A stretch of 64,000 bases of DNA from Sphingomonadaceae bacterium (GTDB taxonomy: Bacteria; Pseudomonadota; Alphaproteobacteria; Sphingomonadales; Sphingomonadaceae), in contig JBGSOJ010000007.1 in NCBI GenBank assembly GCA_041739175.1, positions 937 to 64,936 on the forward strand. The letters are read 5' to 3'. Position 1 is the first letter of the stretch. Each line of letters starts with the position of its first letter. Below the pieces are notes generated by a model. That model made no database searches. It was not told where the DNA came from and worked only from the letters and a program-made list of their open reading frames with translations. Below, in pieces: positions 1 through 9,743 of the stretch. A program made the position numbers and the translations under genes.

Positions 1-210
1 GCGCTGGCGATGGCGATGGGCGGCGGCTTCTTGTCGGATGATAAGGATATGTCGCTGTGGGCCGCATGGGGTCATTTTGATGGCTATGATGCCTTTGCTG
101 CGCAAACTTACATTCGTCTGACCGACGATATGTATATCAATGGCGCAGTGTCTTATGGTCTGGATGAAGAATTGGTCGGAACCCGCGTTGGGTTCGGGAT
201 CCAGTTCTAA
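1..210 (+). CDS. outer-membrane beta-barrel (porin-like) protein, C-terminal fragment; 5' end outside window
   Basis: Frame open from nt 1. Gly/aromatic-rich sequence ends ...VGFGIQF with a terminal Phe, typical of OMP barrels. A terminator hairpin follows. Confidence 0.45.
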   Translation, partial: ALAMAMGGGFLSDDKDMSLWAAWGHFDGYDAFAAQTYIRLTDDMYINGAVSYGLDEELVGTRVGFGIQF

Positions 211-229
211 CCGGTTGCTCCAACCTTTG

Positions 230-265
230 GGTGTGCGGACGCCAACGCGTTCGCACACCTTTTCT
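230..265 (+). terminator. rho-independent terminator
   Basis: GGTGTGCG...CGCACACC stem with inner ACGC/GCGT pairing, followed by TTTTCT. Confidence 0.6.
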
Positions 266-284
266 ATTGAATGAGGTTCGGGTT

Positions 285-890
285 ATGAATCTATTTGTAA
301 GCGCGGTCGTGTTGGGCCTAGGCTGCCTTGCTTTTGTTATGCCCGCAAGCGCGCAAGTCGGCGATGCTTCTGCGCCACAACGGATGCAGGGACGCACCGA
401 CACTGGGCAAAGCACGCCACCACAACAACGCATCGCCCTGCCCCCGCCCGAGGCGATGATCATTCTCATCCGATCGAGTTTGGTTGCGTTAAGTCAGGCC
501 AACCAGACGGGGAACTATAGCGTTCTCAATCAATTGGGCAGCTTCAACTTTCGCAAAAACAACACGCCCGATCGGCTTGGCCAGATTTTTGCGCCATTTC
601 GGGCAAACAAAATCGACCTCAGCATGGTGGTTTTCGTCACGCCGCAACTGACAGAAGCACCGCGGTTTGAAAATGGCCGCCTGCGGCTTATCGGCTATTT
701 CCCGACCAATCCAATGCGCGTGACTTTTGATCTGATGTTTGAGCCGGATGCAGGCCAATGGAAACTTTTCGGTCTTGGTGTCGATTTGGAGCAGAGCACT
801 GCCTCGGGAGGCGGGGCGGCGACCGCGCCAAACGCGCAGCCGGCAGTTCGCCGACCGCCACCCGCCGCCCCATCGGGCGACAGCCGATAG
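285..890 (+). CDS. hypothetical exported protein
   Basis: ATG at 285 gives the signal peptide MNLFVSAVVLGLGCLAFVMPASAQ. The upstream part of ORF 231..890 overlaps the terminator. Pro/Ala-rich C-terminus; no family recognised. Confidence 0.55.
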   Translation: MNLFVSAVVLGLGCLAFVMPASAQVGDASAPQRMQGRTDTGQSTPPQQRIALPPPEAMIILIRSSLVALSQANQTGNYSVLNQLGSFNFRKNNTPDRLGQIFAPFRANKIDLSMVVFVTPQLTEAPRFENGRLRLIGYFPTNPMRVTFDLMFEPDAGQWKLFGLGVDLEQSTASGGGAATAPNAQPAVRRPPPAAPSGDSR

Positions 891-969
891 AGACCTTCTC
901 CCTGCCGACGCAATCCATCAATGCTGTCAGAAACAGATGGCGACGGGAAAAACAATGAGGATAAGGACC

Positions 970-1734
970 CTAGGTCGGTGCGGCAATGCCTTTACCGGCT
1001 AGCACGCAATTGCTGATCTTGCCCGGCTCAGGTCGCTTACCTGTGACGCGGAAGCTGGCATAGAAACCACCGATTTCCGGCTTGTCGGCGAAATCGACGA
1101 GTTGGTATCCAATCGCTTCGAATTCACAGAAAAGCAACCTCGGCGGAATACCATGTTCGTCGGTGGGTTGGTTGCGATCAACCACTATAACCTGACCGCC
1201 TTCTTTCAATGCCGGGCGCAAATGCCATAAGAATGCGTAGGGCTCGCTGACTTCGTGGTACATATGGACCAACAATATGCGGTCAAAACTGTTTTTGGGT
1301 AGTCCCGGTTCGGCAGGTTTTCCGGTGATGACCGAGACATTGTCAAGCCGCTCCCGCTCGACGCGCTGCGCAAGGTTGGCGATTGCTGCTGGATCGATGT
1401 CTTGGGCCAAAACGCGGCCTTTGGGGCCAACTCTATCGGACAGCCGAACGGTGTAATATCCGTTGCCCGCACCGATGTCGGCGACGCTCATCCCTGGGGC
1501 AATGCCGGCGCGCGCCATGATAATTTGGGCTTCATTGGCCTCATCACGCTTGGCCTCGGTGCCGTATTGGTTGCTACGCGTAGCGGATACTGGCCGATGC
1601 GCCTCGGGAAAGCCAATGGCGTCCGGATCACGACCCCCGTCAGTCGCACCGACGTCGCATCCGCCCAGCGCCAGTTCTGCGACAATCGTCAGCACCAAAA
1701 GGGCAAGGCGCGGCCTAATCGGCATCCACGACAT
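970..1734 (-). CDS. class I SAM-dependent methyltransferase with exported/lipoprotein-like N-terminus
   Basis: SAM-binding motif [14 protein letters not shown]-terminal hydrophobic segment ends LALGGC. ATG at 1734 is preceded by GAGG-N6. Start is uncertain (1725/1734/1746). Confidence 0.7.
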   Translation of the reverse strand: MSWMPIRPRLALLVLTIVAELALGGCDVGATDGGRDPDAIGFPEAHRPVSATRSNQYGTEAKRDEANEAQIIMARAGIAPGMSVADIGAGNGYYTVRLSDRVGPKGRVLAQDIDPAAIANLAQRVERERLDNVSVITGKPAEPGLPKNSFDRILLVHMYHEVSEPYAFLWHLRPALKEGGQVIVVDRNQPTDEHGIPPRLLFCEFEAIGYQLVDFADKPEIGGFYASFRVTGKRPEPGKISNCVLAGKGIAAPT

Positions 1735-2842
1735 CGACTGCCTCACCCGTTATGCGCTGCGCCAACGCGGCGGCGATGAAGTCGTCAATCGCACCGTCCA
1801 GCACATCATCGGGTGCCGTGGACACAACGCCGGTGCGCAAATCCTTTACCTGCTGATAGGGTTGCAGGACATAGGAACGGATCTGATGACCCCAACCTAT
1901 CTCGGTCTTGCCCTGATATTCGGCGTTCGCGACAGCCTCACGTTTGGCCAGTTCCGCCTCATACATCCGCGCGCGAAGCATTCCCATGGCGGTGTCGCGG
2001 TTTTTGTGCTGCGACCGGTCCGCCTGGCTGGCAACGACGATTCCTGTAGGGATGTGTGTAATACGCACCGCGGAGTCGGTGGTGTTAATATGCTGCCCGC
2101 CTGCACCGCTGGCCCGGTAGGTATCAATTTTGAGATCAGCGGGATTTATTTCAATATCGATATTGTCGTCAATCACAGGATAGACGCCGATGCTCGAAAA
2201 GCTGGTATGCCGCCGCGCGGAGCTATCGTAGGGCGAAATACGAACCAGCCGGTGCACGCCGGTTTCGGTCTTGGCATAGCCATAGGCGTTTTCGCCCTTG
2301 ACCTGCAAAGTGGCGGATTTGATGCCGGCGGTCTCGCCCGCCTGATACTCGTGCATCTCAACCTTGAACCCGCGCTTTTCGGCCCAGCGTTGATACATAC
2401 GGAGCAGCATTTCCGCCCAATCCTGGCTTTCGGTGCCGCCTGCGCCCGCGTGAACCTCAATAAAGCAATCGTTGGCGTCGGCTTCGCCCGACAATAAAGC
2501 CTCAACCTTGTCCTTATCAGCGCGGTTGGCAAGATCGATAAGCGCGGTCACGCCCTCGGTTTCCAGCGCTGCATCGCCCTCCATTTCCGCCAGTTCGACC
2601 AATTCTACCGTATCATTCATTTCCTGTGCGATTGATTTTGCCGCGCCGATTGAGGCATCAAGACGGCGACGCTCCCGCATGACTTCTTCGGCCTTTTTGG
2701 GGTCGTTCCATAAGTTCGGGTCCTCGACCCGTGCGTTCAATTCGTCCAGACGCCGCAACGCACGCTCCCAATCCAAGGAACGGCGCACCAACGCCAGCGC
2801 GGCATTAATACGATCAACGGCATTTTGCGCTTCTGCGCGCAT
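1715..2842 (-). CDS. prfB: peptide chain release factor 2
   Basis: GGQ motif ([23 protein letters not shown]) and RF2-type tripeptide region [18 protein letters not shown] at 2842 has GGGAG 6 nt upstream. Single continuous frame. Confidence 0.95.
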   Translation of the reverse strand: MRAEAQNAVDRINAALALVRRSLDWERALRRLDELNARVEDPNLWNDPKKAEEVMRERRRLDASIGAAKSIAQEMNDTVELVELAEMEGDAALETEGVTALIDLANRADKDKVEALLSGEADANDCFIEVHAGAGGTESQDWAEMLLRMYQRWAEKRGFKVEMHEYQAGETAGIKSATLQVKGENAYGYAKTETGVHRLVRISPYDSSARRHTSFSSIGVYPVIDDNIDIEINPADLKIDTYRASGAGGQHINTTDSAVRITHIPTGIVVASQADRSQHKNRDTAMGMLRARMYEAELAKREAVANAEYQGKTEIGWGHQIRSYVLQPYQQVKDLRTGVVSTAPDDVLDGAIDDFIAAALAQRITGEAVDVVDAD

Positions 2843-2971
2843 AACAAACTCCCGAAACATAGGCCCAATTGGGCAGGCAAATGGCAAATACCATCGCCAC
2901 TATGCCGCGAGGCTTAGCCGATTTGCCTATAAAGTAAAGCCATCGAACATGGCCGCCGACGCAATTCCCGG

Positions 2972-3931
2972 TTACCGTGCACCGCTGGTTGTGCCGGACA
3001 AATCGGCAAGGAAAGAACGAATGATTTCGGCGTTGGCGCCCAAATCATGTTTCCCCTCGCCGCTGACCGATCGCATATCAACAATCGACCCGCTGCCACC
3101 CTCGGCTGAGCGAATGCGCAGCGCAATGTCATGCGGGTAGGCCATTGGCGTGGTTGTGGTGCGCGCCTCCATTCGACCTTCTACAGCGTCAATATCGGCG
3201 ATGTCCCAACCGCGCGCGATAGCCAAGCTCTCCGCCTTTTCCATAAGCAGCATCGTCGACTGCTCCACGCGTACGCTGCCAATATCGGGATAGGCCTCTT
3301 GGTGAATCCGTTCCCATCGTTGCCGCGGCGATAGGCCTTGATACTCTGAATTATCTGCGCCGGGGATCGCATCGCGCAAGTCATCGCGCAACAAGATCGT
3401 GCGGAACACAGGTGGGTCGGCCAACGACGTCGACACATCGTGCAGAGCCGGTAAGGTTACACTCGGTACCCACCAGCTGGCCAAATATCCGCAAAGGCCA
3501 AACCCGAGAAGCACGGATAGCCCGCGCTTCACAATGCTTTGATGCCATCCCCTGCGCCGTGTAGTCCATATCAAGAGCAACGCGATTACCGCGACGCCAA
3601 GGCCGGTGTAGAACGCGAAGTGCAACTGAGTAATCCCGTCACTCCGTGACCACATTGCCCAACCCGCGCCATATGCCGCAACCGCCGCCCAAATAATGGC
3701 TGCCAAAGCGGCCACCATCAAAAGAGTGCCCATCCAATCCTTTTTCGCCTTCGCGGGCTGCGCCGGAGCAACCGGCGGCGGCGTGTCAGCCAAGGGCGAC
3801 TCGGCATTGGAGGTTTCAGCTTCAATCGGCGTTACAGACGGGTCCGATGCCACACGATCTGTAGCCTGGCCATTTTGCACTGGGCTACCATGCGGCGAAT
3901 GGCCTTCCTTTGGCTCGTTCTCATTGGTCAT
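2972..3931 (-). CDS. membrane protein, DUF1499-like (tentative)
   Basis: Strong RBS GGAGGAAGGGG before the ATG. Pro/Ala-rich N-terminus, about 4 hydrophobic helices, then HDVSTSLADPPVF and ...GKHDLGANAEIIRSF motifs that I associate with DUF1499. Confidence 0.55.
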   Translation of the reverse strand: MTNENEPKEGHSPHGSPVQNGQATDRVASDPSVTPIEAETSNAESPLADTPPPVAPAQPAKAKKDWMGTLLMVAALAAIIWAAVAAYGAGWAMWSRSDGITQLHFAFYTGLGVAVIALLLIWTTRRRGWHQSIVKRGLSVLLGFGLCGYLASWWVPSVTLPALHDVSTSLADPPVFRTILLRDDLRDAIPGADNSEYQGLSPRQRWERIHQEAYPDIGSVRVEQSTMLLMEKAESLAIARGWDIADIDAVEGRMEARTTTTPMAYPHDIALRIRSAEGGSGSIVDMRSVSGEGKHDLGANAEIIRSFLADLSGTTSGAR

Positions 3932-4132
3932 TGGATGCCCCTTCCTCCGGCTAGGCCTGATACCTGTCGCCGATTAAATTTCCTATGCTTTTGCACAGTA
4001 ACGATAACGCCCCGCAACGACAATTGTTTCGATGCGCATAGTTTTTACCACTGGATCGGCGCGACTCGACAATCCGCCGCGTAGCGCCTAAGCGCCGCAG
4101 CGAAAATGTACGGATCACGGGCAGGAAAAAAT

Positions 4133-4663
4133 ATGCTGGCACAGCTTGGCTTTTTGCCCTTATCGAAAGTCCCGGTTGATGCGGTTGATGCATTATTGGA
4201 CGCGGCTTTTGGGGTCGATCGGCACCAGCGCACGGCCTATCGCGTTCGGCAGGGCATGACTTGGATACCGCACGTAAGTTTTGCTGCAATTGGTGAGGAA
4301 TCGCAACTGCTTGGTCTTATCCAATGCTGGCCAGTATCGCTGTTGGCGGACGATGGCCGCTGTTTCGATATGATAATGGTGGGCCCTGTCGCGGTCCACC
4401 CGGATCATCAAGGTCAAGGCATCGGTAGCCACTTGATGGACGAAGCCATGCGCATCGCAGATCATGATGAGGCGCTATGCAACCTGCCAATGATGATGAT
4501 TGGCGATGCTGACTTTTACCGGCGCTGGGAATTTACGGCCGATGCAACGCGGCATTGGCGCTTGGATGGGCCCTTTGATTCGGCTCGACTGTTGGCGCGA
4601 AAAACATCGACTTTGGCGACGAATATGGCTGGCTTAGTCCAGCCTAGAACGCTGCCGCGCTAG
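4133..4663 (+). CDS. GNAT family N-acetyltransferase
   Basis: Acetyl-CoA motif A: VAVHPDHQGQGIGSHLM. ATG 4133 has AGGA-N6 upstream, whereas ATG 4106 has no RBS. Confidence 0.7.
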   Translation: MLAQLGFLPLSKVPVDAVDALLDAAFGVDRHQRTAYRVRQGMTWIPHVSFAAIGEESQLLGLIQCWPVSLLADDGRCFDMIMVGPVAVHPDHQGQGIGSHLMDEAMRIADHDEALCNLPMMMIGDADFYRRWEFTADATRHWRLDGPFDSARLLARKTSTLATNMAGLVQPRTLPR

Positions 4664-4719
4664 CGGCACAAATAAACGACAGCTTGGCAAGTAGGCCGCT
4701 TTCATATTATTACCGCGTC

Positions 4720-5280
4720 ATGCCATACACACCGCCGCCCGATTTAGCGCATTTGGACGCTGCCCAGATTGCCGCCTTGGTGGCGGCGCGTCGCTTACCG
4801 CCGGTTGATCAATGGAACCCGGCCAAATGCAGCGATAGCAAAATGCGGATTGATGCCAGAGGCAGATGGTTCCACGACGACGGTGAAATCAAACGCCCCG
4901 CGATGATCCGCGCTTTTTCTTCGCTTCTGCGTAAGGAGGCCAATGGCCATTTCGTCTTGGTTACGCCATTTGAACGGCAAAGCATAACCGTTGAGGATGC
5001 ACCCTTTATCGCTGTCGAATTGCAAGCAATCGATGGTGCGCAGTTGGCATTTCGCTTGAATACGGATGATTTGGTTGTGGCGGGTCCAGACCACCCGCTG
5101 CGATTCTGCGACATGGAAACCCATCCCCGCGCGTATCTGCACGTGCGCGGCGGATTAGAGGCGCGGCTAAACCGGCCAACCTATTATCAATTGGTGGAAT
5201 TGGCGTTAGCAAGTGGACATGAACCGCCCAGTGTTTTCAGCAATGGCATCGCCTTTCCTTTAACTACGGCGGCGGCATGA
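4720..5280 (+). CDS. DUF1285 domain-containing protein
   Basis: RIDARGRWFHDDGEIKRPAMIRAFSSLL matches my memory of DUF1285. Sits in the conserved alphaproteobacterial string with NUDIX and cca. Start 4720 (ATG) or 4684 (TTG). Confidence 0.7.
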   Translation: MPYTPPPDLAHLDAAQIAALVAARRLPPVDQWNPAKCSDSKMRIDARGRWFHDDGEIKRPAMIRAFSSLLRKEANGHFVLVTPFERQSITVEDAPFIAVELQAIDGAQLAFRLNTDDLVVAGPDHPLRFCDMETHPRAYLHVRGGLEARLNRPTYYQLVELALASGHEPPSVFSNGIAFPLTTAAA

Positions 5281-5918
5281 ACCTGTTTGATCGGCTGCAA
5301 ACGGGGCTTAGTCGCGCACCTGAGTCCTTAACTCGCCCCTATTTTTCCGACATGCGCGCCAACGGCATGGACGAAGCGACATTTCATGACGCGGCGGTGC
5401 TCATCGCCATCACCGACCGGCCCAAACCAGGCGTGATCTTGACGCAGCGGCCACAATGGCTGAACCGCCATGCCGGTCAAGTCGCCTTTCCCGGCGGGCG
5501 CGTTGATCCTGGCGATCGGAGTGCTGAGGATGCGGCTCTTCGCGAAGCCGAGGAGGAAATCACCCTAGCCCGCGAATTTGTAAGCGTGGCCGGTCGCAGC
5601 GTGCGTTTTTTTAGCGGCAGCGGTTTTAGGATTACACCAATAATCGGCGTGATACCGCCGGACGTGCCGCTGTTGCCAAATCCACAAGAAGTCGAACACA
5701 TTTTTGAGGCACCGTTGGCGCTGCTACTGGATCCCGACAATTTTGTTCAGCGAACCGGCGAATGGAATGGGAAGACGCGGCAATATCATGAATTGCATTG
5801 GGGCGGCTTCCACATTTGGGGTATCACAGCGGCGATATTGCTGAACCTTTCGCTTCATCTGGATGGCGCGATTGAGGGGCTGACGCCCGCCAATGTGTAC
5901 GTGGACGACAAAGAATGA
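5277..5918 (+). CDS. CoA pyrophosphatase (NUDIX hydrolase)
   Basis: Nudix box GGRVDPGDRSAEDAALREAEEEI. ATGA overlap with the upstream gene. Confidence 0.8.
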   Translation: MNLFDRLQTGLSRAPESLTRPYFSDMRANGMDEATFHDAAVLIAITDRPKPGVILTQRPQWLNRHAGQVAFPGGRVDPGDRSAEDAALREAEEEITLAREFVSVAGRSVRFFSGSGFRITPIIGVIPPDVPLLPNPQEVEHIFEAPLALLLDPDNFVQRTGEWNGKTRQYHELHWGGFHIWGITAAILLNLSLHLDGAIEGLTPANVYVDDKE

Positions 5919-7138
5919 CTGCATCTTTTGTCGCCGATTGGTCCGGCGTGCGCGGCCTACTCGCCTTGGTCAATGCGCTGGACCCAGAGAGTCGCGGCTT
6001 AACGCGTCTGGTGGGCGGCTGCGTTCGCGATCGTTTGCTTGGCCTCCCAGTCTCAGACTTTGATCTGGCGACCGCTCTGACGCCTGAGGTTGTGCTGGAG
6101 CGTTTGCGACAAGCCGATTTGAAGGCGATACCGACCGGACTTGCGCATGGAACAATTACTGCATTGGTTGAAGGGCAACCTTTTGAGGTCACAACATTGC
6201 GCCGCGATGAATCGACCGATGGCCGCCACGCGACCGTCGCTTTCACCGACAGTTGGGCCGAAGATGCGATGCGCCGCGATTTTACAATAAATGCGCTTTA
6301 TAGCGATCCGCGGACCGGCGCGATTTATGATCCCGTGGGCGGCCTAAAAGATTTATCGCCGATTCGTGTCCGGTTTATTGGCGATGCCGATGCGCGTATC
6401 CAAGAGGATTATTTGCGCATTCTGCGCTACTTCCGCTTCTTTGCGCGATTTGGTGAGCGCGCGCCGGACGACATCGCGTTGAAGGCATGCGCCAGGCACA
6501 TGCGTGGCCTGATGGCGCTATCGCGGGAGCGCGTTGCGCAAGAATTGTTAAAAACACTCGCCGCGCCCGATCCATCATTTGCGCTCACAGCCATGGAATC
6601 GATCTCGCTTTTTTCCGCATTTTTGCCCACTTACCAATTCGGCAGCGGGCATCGGATGGCGGATTTGGTTGAACATGAGCGCCGGTTTGATGTGGCTCCA
6701 AATGCACTAAGGCGGATGTCGCTTATATTGCCCACCGCAGAACCGATGTTGAAATCGGTTATCGTGCAACTGAAGTTATCGAAGATAATGGGAAGCTATC
6801 TTATTGCGGTGGCCGCGTTGCGTCGCAGGCTGGAGAGCCATGAGCCTATTAGCATGCACCAAATGCTTTACGATTACGGGGTGTCCGAAGCAATGGACGC
6901 TCTCTTGATCGCGCGCGGTGGCCTCATTGCAAATGCCGATTGGGCGGCAATGCAGGCCTGGATTCGGCCCGAATTTCCGATCAAGGGCCGTGACTTGATT
7001 GCCCTCGGCCTTCCGCCGGGCCCCTTAGTATCACGATGTTTGCGCACCATTGAAACAGCATGGGTGCGCTCCGGCTTTCCGGACGGAGAGAAATTTTCTC
7101 GTATCGTCAGCAGCGTGGTAAAGGACGGCCTTGAATAA
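5915..7138 (+). CDS. cca: CCA tRNA nucleotidyltransferase / poly(A) polymerase family protein
   Basis: LVGGCVRDRLLGLPVSDFDLAT nucleotidyltransferase motif and RRDFTINAL. ATGA overlap with the NUDIX gene. Confidence 0.8.
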   Translation: MTASFVADWSGVRGLLALVNALDPESRGLTRLVGGCVRDRLLGLPVSDFDLATALTPEVVLERLRQADLKAIPTGLAHGTITALVEGQPFEVTTLRRDESTDGRHATVAFTDSWAEDAMRRDFTINALYSDPRTGAIYDPVGGLKDLSPIRVRFIGDADARIQEDYLRILRYFRFFARFGERAPDDIALKACARHMRGLMALSRERVAQELLKTLAAPDPSFALTAMESISLFSAFLPTYQFGSGHRMADLVEHERRFDVAPNALRRMSLILPTAEPMLKSVIVQLKLSKIMGSYLIAVAALRRRLESHEPISMHQMLYDYGVSEAMDALLIARGGLIANADWAAMQAWIRPEFPIKGRDLIALGLPPGPLVSRCLRTIETAWVRSGFPDGEKFSRIVSSVVKDGLE

Positions 7139-7163
7139 AGGTTTCCGAGGACATGACGACAAC

Positions 7164-7184
7164 AAAAAACCCGCCGTAGCGGGT
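7164..7184 (-). terminator. rho-independent terminator oriented for the minus strand
   Basis: ACCCGC-TACG-GCGGGT hairpin followed by TTTTTTG on the minus strand, 33 nt after the sORF stop. No T-run on the plus strand. Confidence 0.55.
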
Positions 7185-7216
7185 CATTGAAAACATTATT
7201 GTCATTCGGTGTGCAA

Positions 7217-7273
7217 TTAGCCGCCGCTTCCGGTGCTTCGTTTGCCGCCGAACACCAAGTTCCAGATGTTCAT
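7217..7273 (-). CDS. candidate 18-aa small ORF (MNIWNLVFGGKRSTGSGG)
   Basis: ATG preceded by AAGGAAA at 7-nt spacing, TAA stop, and its own terminator downstream. Below the ORF-track length cut-off. No homology evidence. Confidence 0.3.
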   Translation of the reverse strand: MNIWNLVFGGKRSTGSGG

Positions 7274-7367
7274 AGTGAAGTTTCCTTCTTGTGACCCACA
7301 TCTCAGAAAACGAGACGCCTTTAGAATTTACAACCAAGTGACAAAGGTTAACAAGCCAGCAACCACG

Positions 7368-9698
7368 TTAGGCCGCATATGTTATTGATTGCAAAATGAA
7401 TTTTCTTGTAAAATCATTATAGGAGGATGGCCAACCGATGTGATAGCCCTGAACATATGTGCATCCCATCGCCTTCAGCATGTTTAGAGTAGCCTTATTC
7501 TCGACACCTTCCGCGACCGTCGATAGATTTAATGTCTGCGCCAATTTGATGGTGGACTCGACCAAATTCCGGTTTTGATCGTTGAAGATCATGTCTCCAA
7601 CAAAGCTGCGATCAAGCTTGACTTCTTTCGCAGGGATTACCCGCAGATAATCAAGCGTCGAACGCCCGGTACCATAATCATCAATCGACAACGGCACGCA
7701 GCCTTTCGCCAATGCGTCGAGCATATCCATCGCGACGGTTTTGTCGGTCAGCCTCGCTGCCTCGGTAATCTCAAGAATCAATGCCGACCGATCAAGACCG
7801 GCGTCATCAATCATCGTCAGAATACGGGCAGCCAGGTCAGGATCGTCAAGCAATCGCGGCGACAAATTTACCGCCAACTGAAAATTTGGCTTAAGGGCGC
7901 GGATCGCAGCCAATGACACTAACGCTTGCCGCAATGAAAAATCGGTAAGATCAGCAATGGCGCTGCCCTGCTCCGCAGCCGCAATGAACTCCGAGGGTGG
8001 GATCGTGCCAAAATCAGGATGTGTCCAGCGTAAGAGGCACTCCGCGCTATCGACCTCGCCGGAGGCTAGATTCAATTTGGGCTGGTAAACCAGACGGAAT
8101 TGATTGTCGGCCAAAAGGCTGTCAATTGAGCTGGACAAAGCGACCCGCCAATTTGCACTTTTGTCCAATGGCGTCGCGCTATCGGAATACAATCGGTTTG
8201 CATTTGCCGCTCGCTGCGAAGCGTTAAGAGCATTCGCAAGCCTACGATAACCATTGAGGCCTCCGTCCATATCAAACCCGTAGGACAGGTCAGCCCGAAT
8301 GGTTTTCCCATCGATTATAAAAGGTTGCAGCATCATGGCTCGCATTGCCTTCGCATAGTCGTCGACGTCGGGGAAAATAGCCCTAGGCACATCCCACGTT
8401 ATCGAATCATATCCGGCATGATAGATCGCGTCGGCACCGTTCGAGGACAGAACACGGCGTTCGACTTCGCGAAAAAATTCCAAAATATTGGCTTCATCCA
8501 AAATGCAACTGATGTCCGCGCTATTGGCAATGGTGGCCGCTACGATTATGCGGCTGGCAGTACCAGACGAATCGATCGCGCGTGCATGGGCCAGTCCATT
8601 CGGTAGACCAGTGACACTATCGGTTGTATTTTCCAAGCTCGCCCGATGACGGTCTAACCAAACCCTAGACAAAAATAGAAAAATTGCAATTGATACAAAT
8701 GCTGGGACAATGGACAAATAATATCCATTTCTTTCTAAAAAAAATGTTGCCACGGAAATTCCAGCAAATATGGAAAAATTCATAAATATGAAATTTCGAA
8801 ACCTATTAAACTTAATTATTGAGATAATCTGAAGAATTAGTATTGATAAATACAGAAATACATGTGCTATATTTGAATATTGAGATTGAATGGATCTTGC
8901 CGCCATTACTTGAAAGTGCGCGCCATTCCGATGCCCTTGAAATGGAACCGGAAAAAAATCTTGAAATATTTCTGCTTTTGGAAAAATTAATACACTTTTA
9001 CCTTCAACATTTTTTGACAGTTGTTCAATATCTAAAAATGAATTTTGGTTAGAGGGCTGTTTTTTACTGTAATCAATAATAAATTTGTCAACGTCGGAAT
9101 TTTTGGAATTTAATTGACTCGCTAAACTAGGGATAGCATTTTCTTTTTGATCCGGTGTTAGCGCCGCAAATTTTGGGACGCTGGTTATCACCCCCATGAA
9201 GTCCGTATTTGCTCCCAAATACACTAAGGTATTCCCATCTGGAATTAAAAGATTATCCAGAGCTGCATCGCCGAGATGATGTTCATCATTTGGATCGTTC
9301 GAATCGGCCAAAACACCAAAGTACACGGGCGCTTTCGCCTCATTGGCGGCTTTTAATAAAGGATCTTCGCGGCCCATGCCGCGGTCCGCGAACTCAAAAT
9401 CGAACAATATTTGTTTCGCGCCAGCCTCATCAAGTTCGCGGATGGCATCACCAAGAACTTGCCGGTCCAGCGGCCAACCGCCATATTTCGCCAGCGTCTT
9501 ATCATCGATGCCGATCATCACTACGTCATCTCGGATAGGCGTTTGCGCTATCTGCGACCGCAGCGCGTAAAATAACGATTCAATCGGATAAAACAGGCTC
9601 ACCGATGAAAGCGCGCCGCTTATAAGCACCGCCACGAGCAATGCCTTAAGCATTATGCGACGGGGTACATCGGGTACTGTGTGAGCGATATCGGTCAT
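7368..9698 (-). CDS. CHASE2 sensor / multi-TM / degenerate GGDEF / EAL domain c-di-GMP phosphodiesterase
   Basis: CHASE2-like N-terminus (VVMIGIDDKTLAKYGGWPLDR). No GGDEF/GGEEF string. EAL residues are intact (ECLLRW, EITE, DDYGTG, KLDRSF, AEGVE, QGY). ATG 9698 has AGGA-N6; 9722 is an alternative start. Confidence 0.85.
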   Translation of the reverse strand: MTDIAHTVPDVPRRIMLKALLVAVLISGALSSVSLFYPIESLFYALRSQIAQTPIRDDVVMIGIDDKTLAKYGGWPLDRQVLGDAIRELDEAGAKQILFDFEFADRGMGREDPLLKAANEAKAPVYFGVLADSNDPNDEHHLGDAALDNLLIPDGNTLVYLGANTDFMGVITSVPKFAALTPDQKENAIPSLASQLNSKNSDVDKFIIDYSKKQPSNQNSFLDIEQLSKNVEGKSVLIFPKAEIFQDFFPVPFQGHRNGAHFQVMAARSIQSQYSNIAHVFLYLSILILQIISIIKFNRFRNFIFMNFSIFAGISVATFFLERNGYYLSIVPAFVSIAIFLFLSRVWLDRHRASLENTTDSVTGLPNGLAHARAIDSSGTASRIIVAATIANSADISCILDEANILEFFREVERRVLSSNGADAIYHAGYDSITWDVPRAIFPDVDDYAKAMRAMMLQPFIIDGKTIRADLSYGFDMDGGLNGYRRLANALNASQRAANANRLYSDSATPLDKSANWRVALSSSIDSLLADNQFRLVYQPKLNLASGEVDSAECLLRWTHPDFGTIPPSEFIAAAEQGSAIADLTDFSLRQALVSLAAIRALKPNFQLAVNLSPRLLDDPDLAARILTMIDDAGLDRSALILEITEAARLTDKTVAMDMLDALAKGCVPLSIDDYGTGRSTLDYLRVIPAKEVKLDRSFVGDMIFNDQNRNLVESTIKLAQTLNLSTVAEGVENKATLNMLKAMGCTYVQGYHIGWPSSYNDFTRKFILQSITYAA

Positions 9699-9743
9699 AC
9701 ATGGTCCTAAATGGATTACCATTCAGGGATAGCGCAAACGAAG

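Noticed and set aside
7107-7337. A 76-aa ORF in the cca/EAL spacer.
   Set aside because: It reads through the terminator hairpin, has no RBS and has an implausible composition. The 18-codon sORF in another frame fits the RBS and terminator better, though it too remains tentative.
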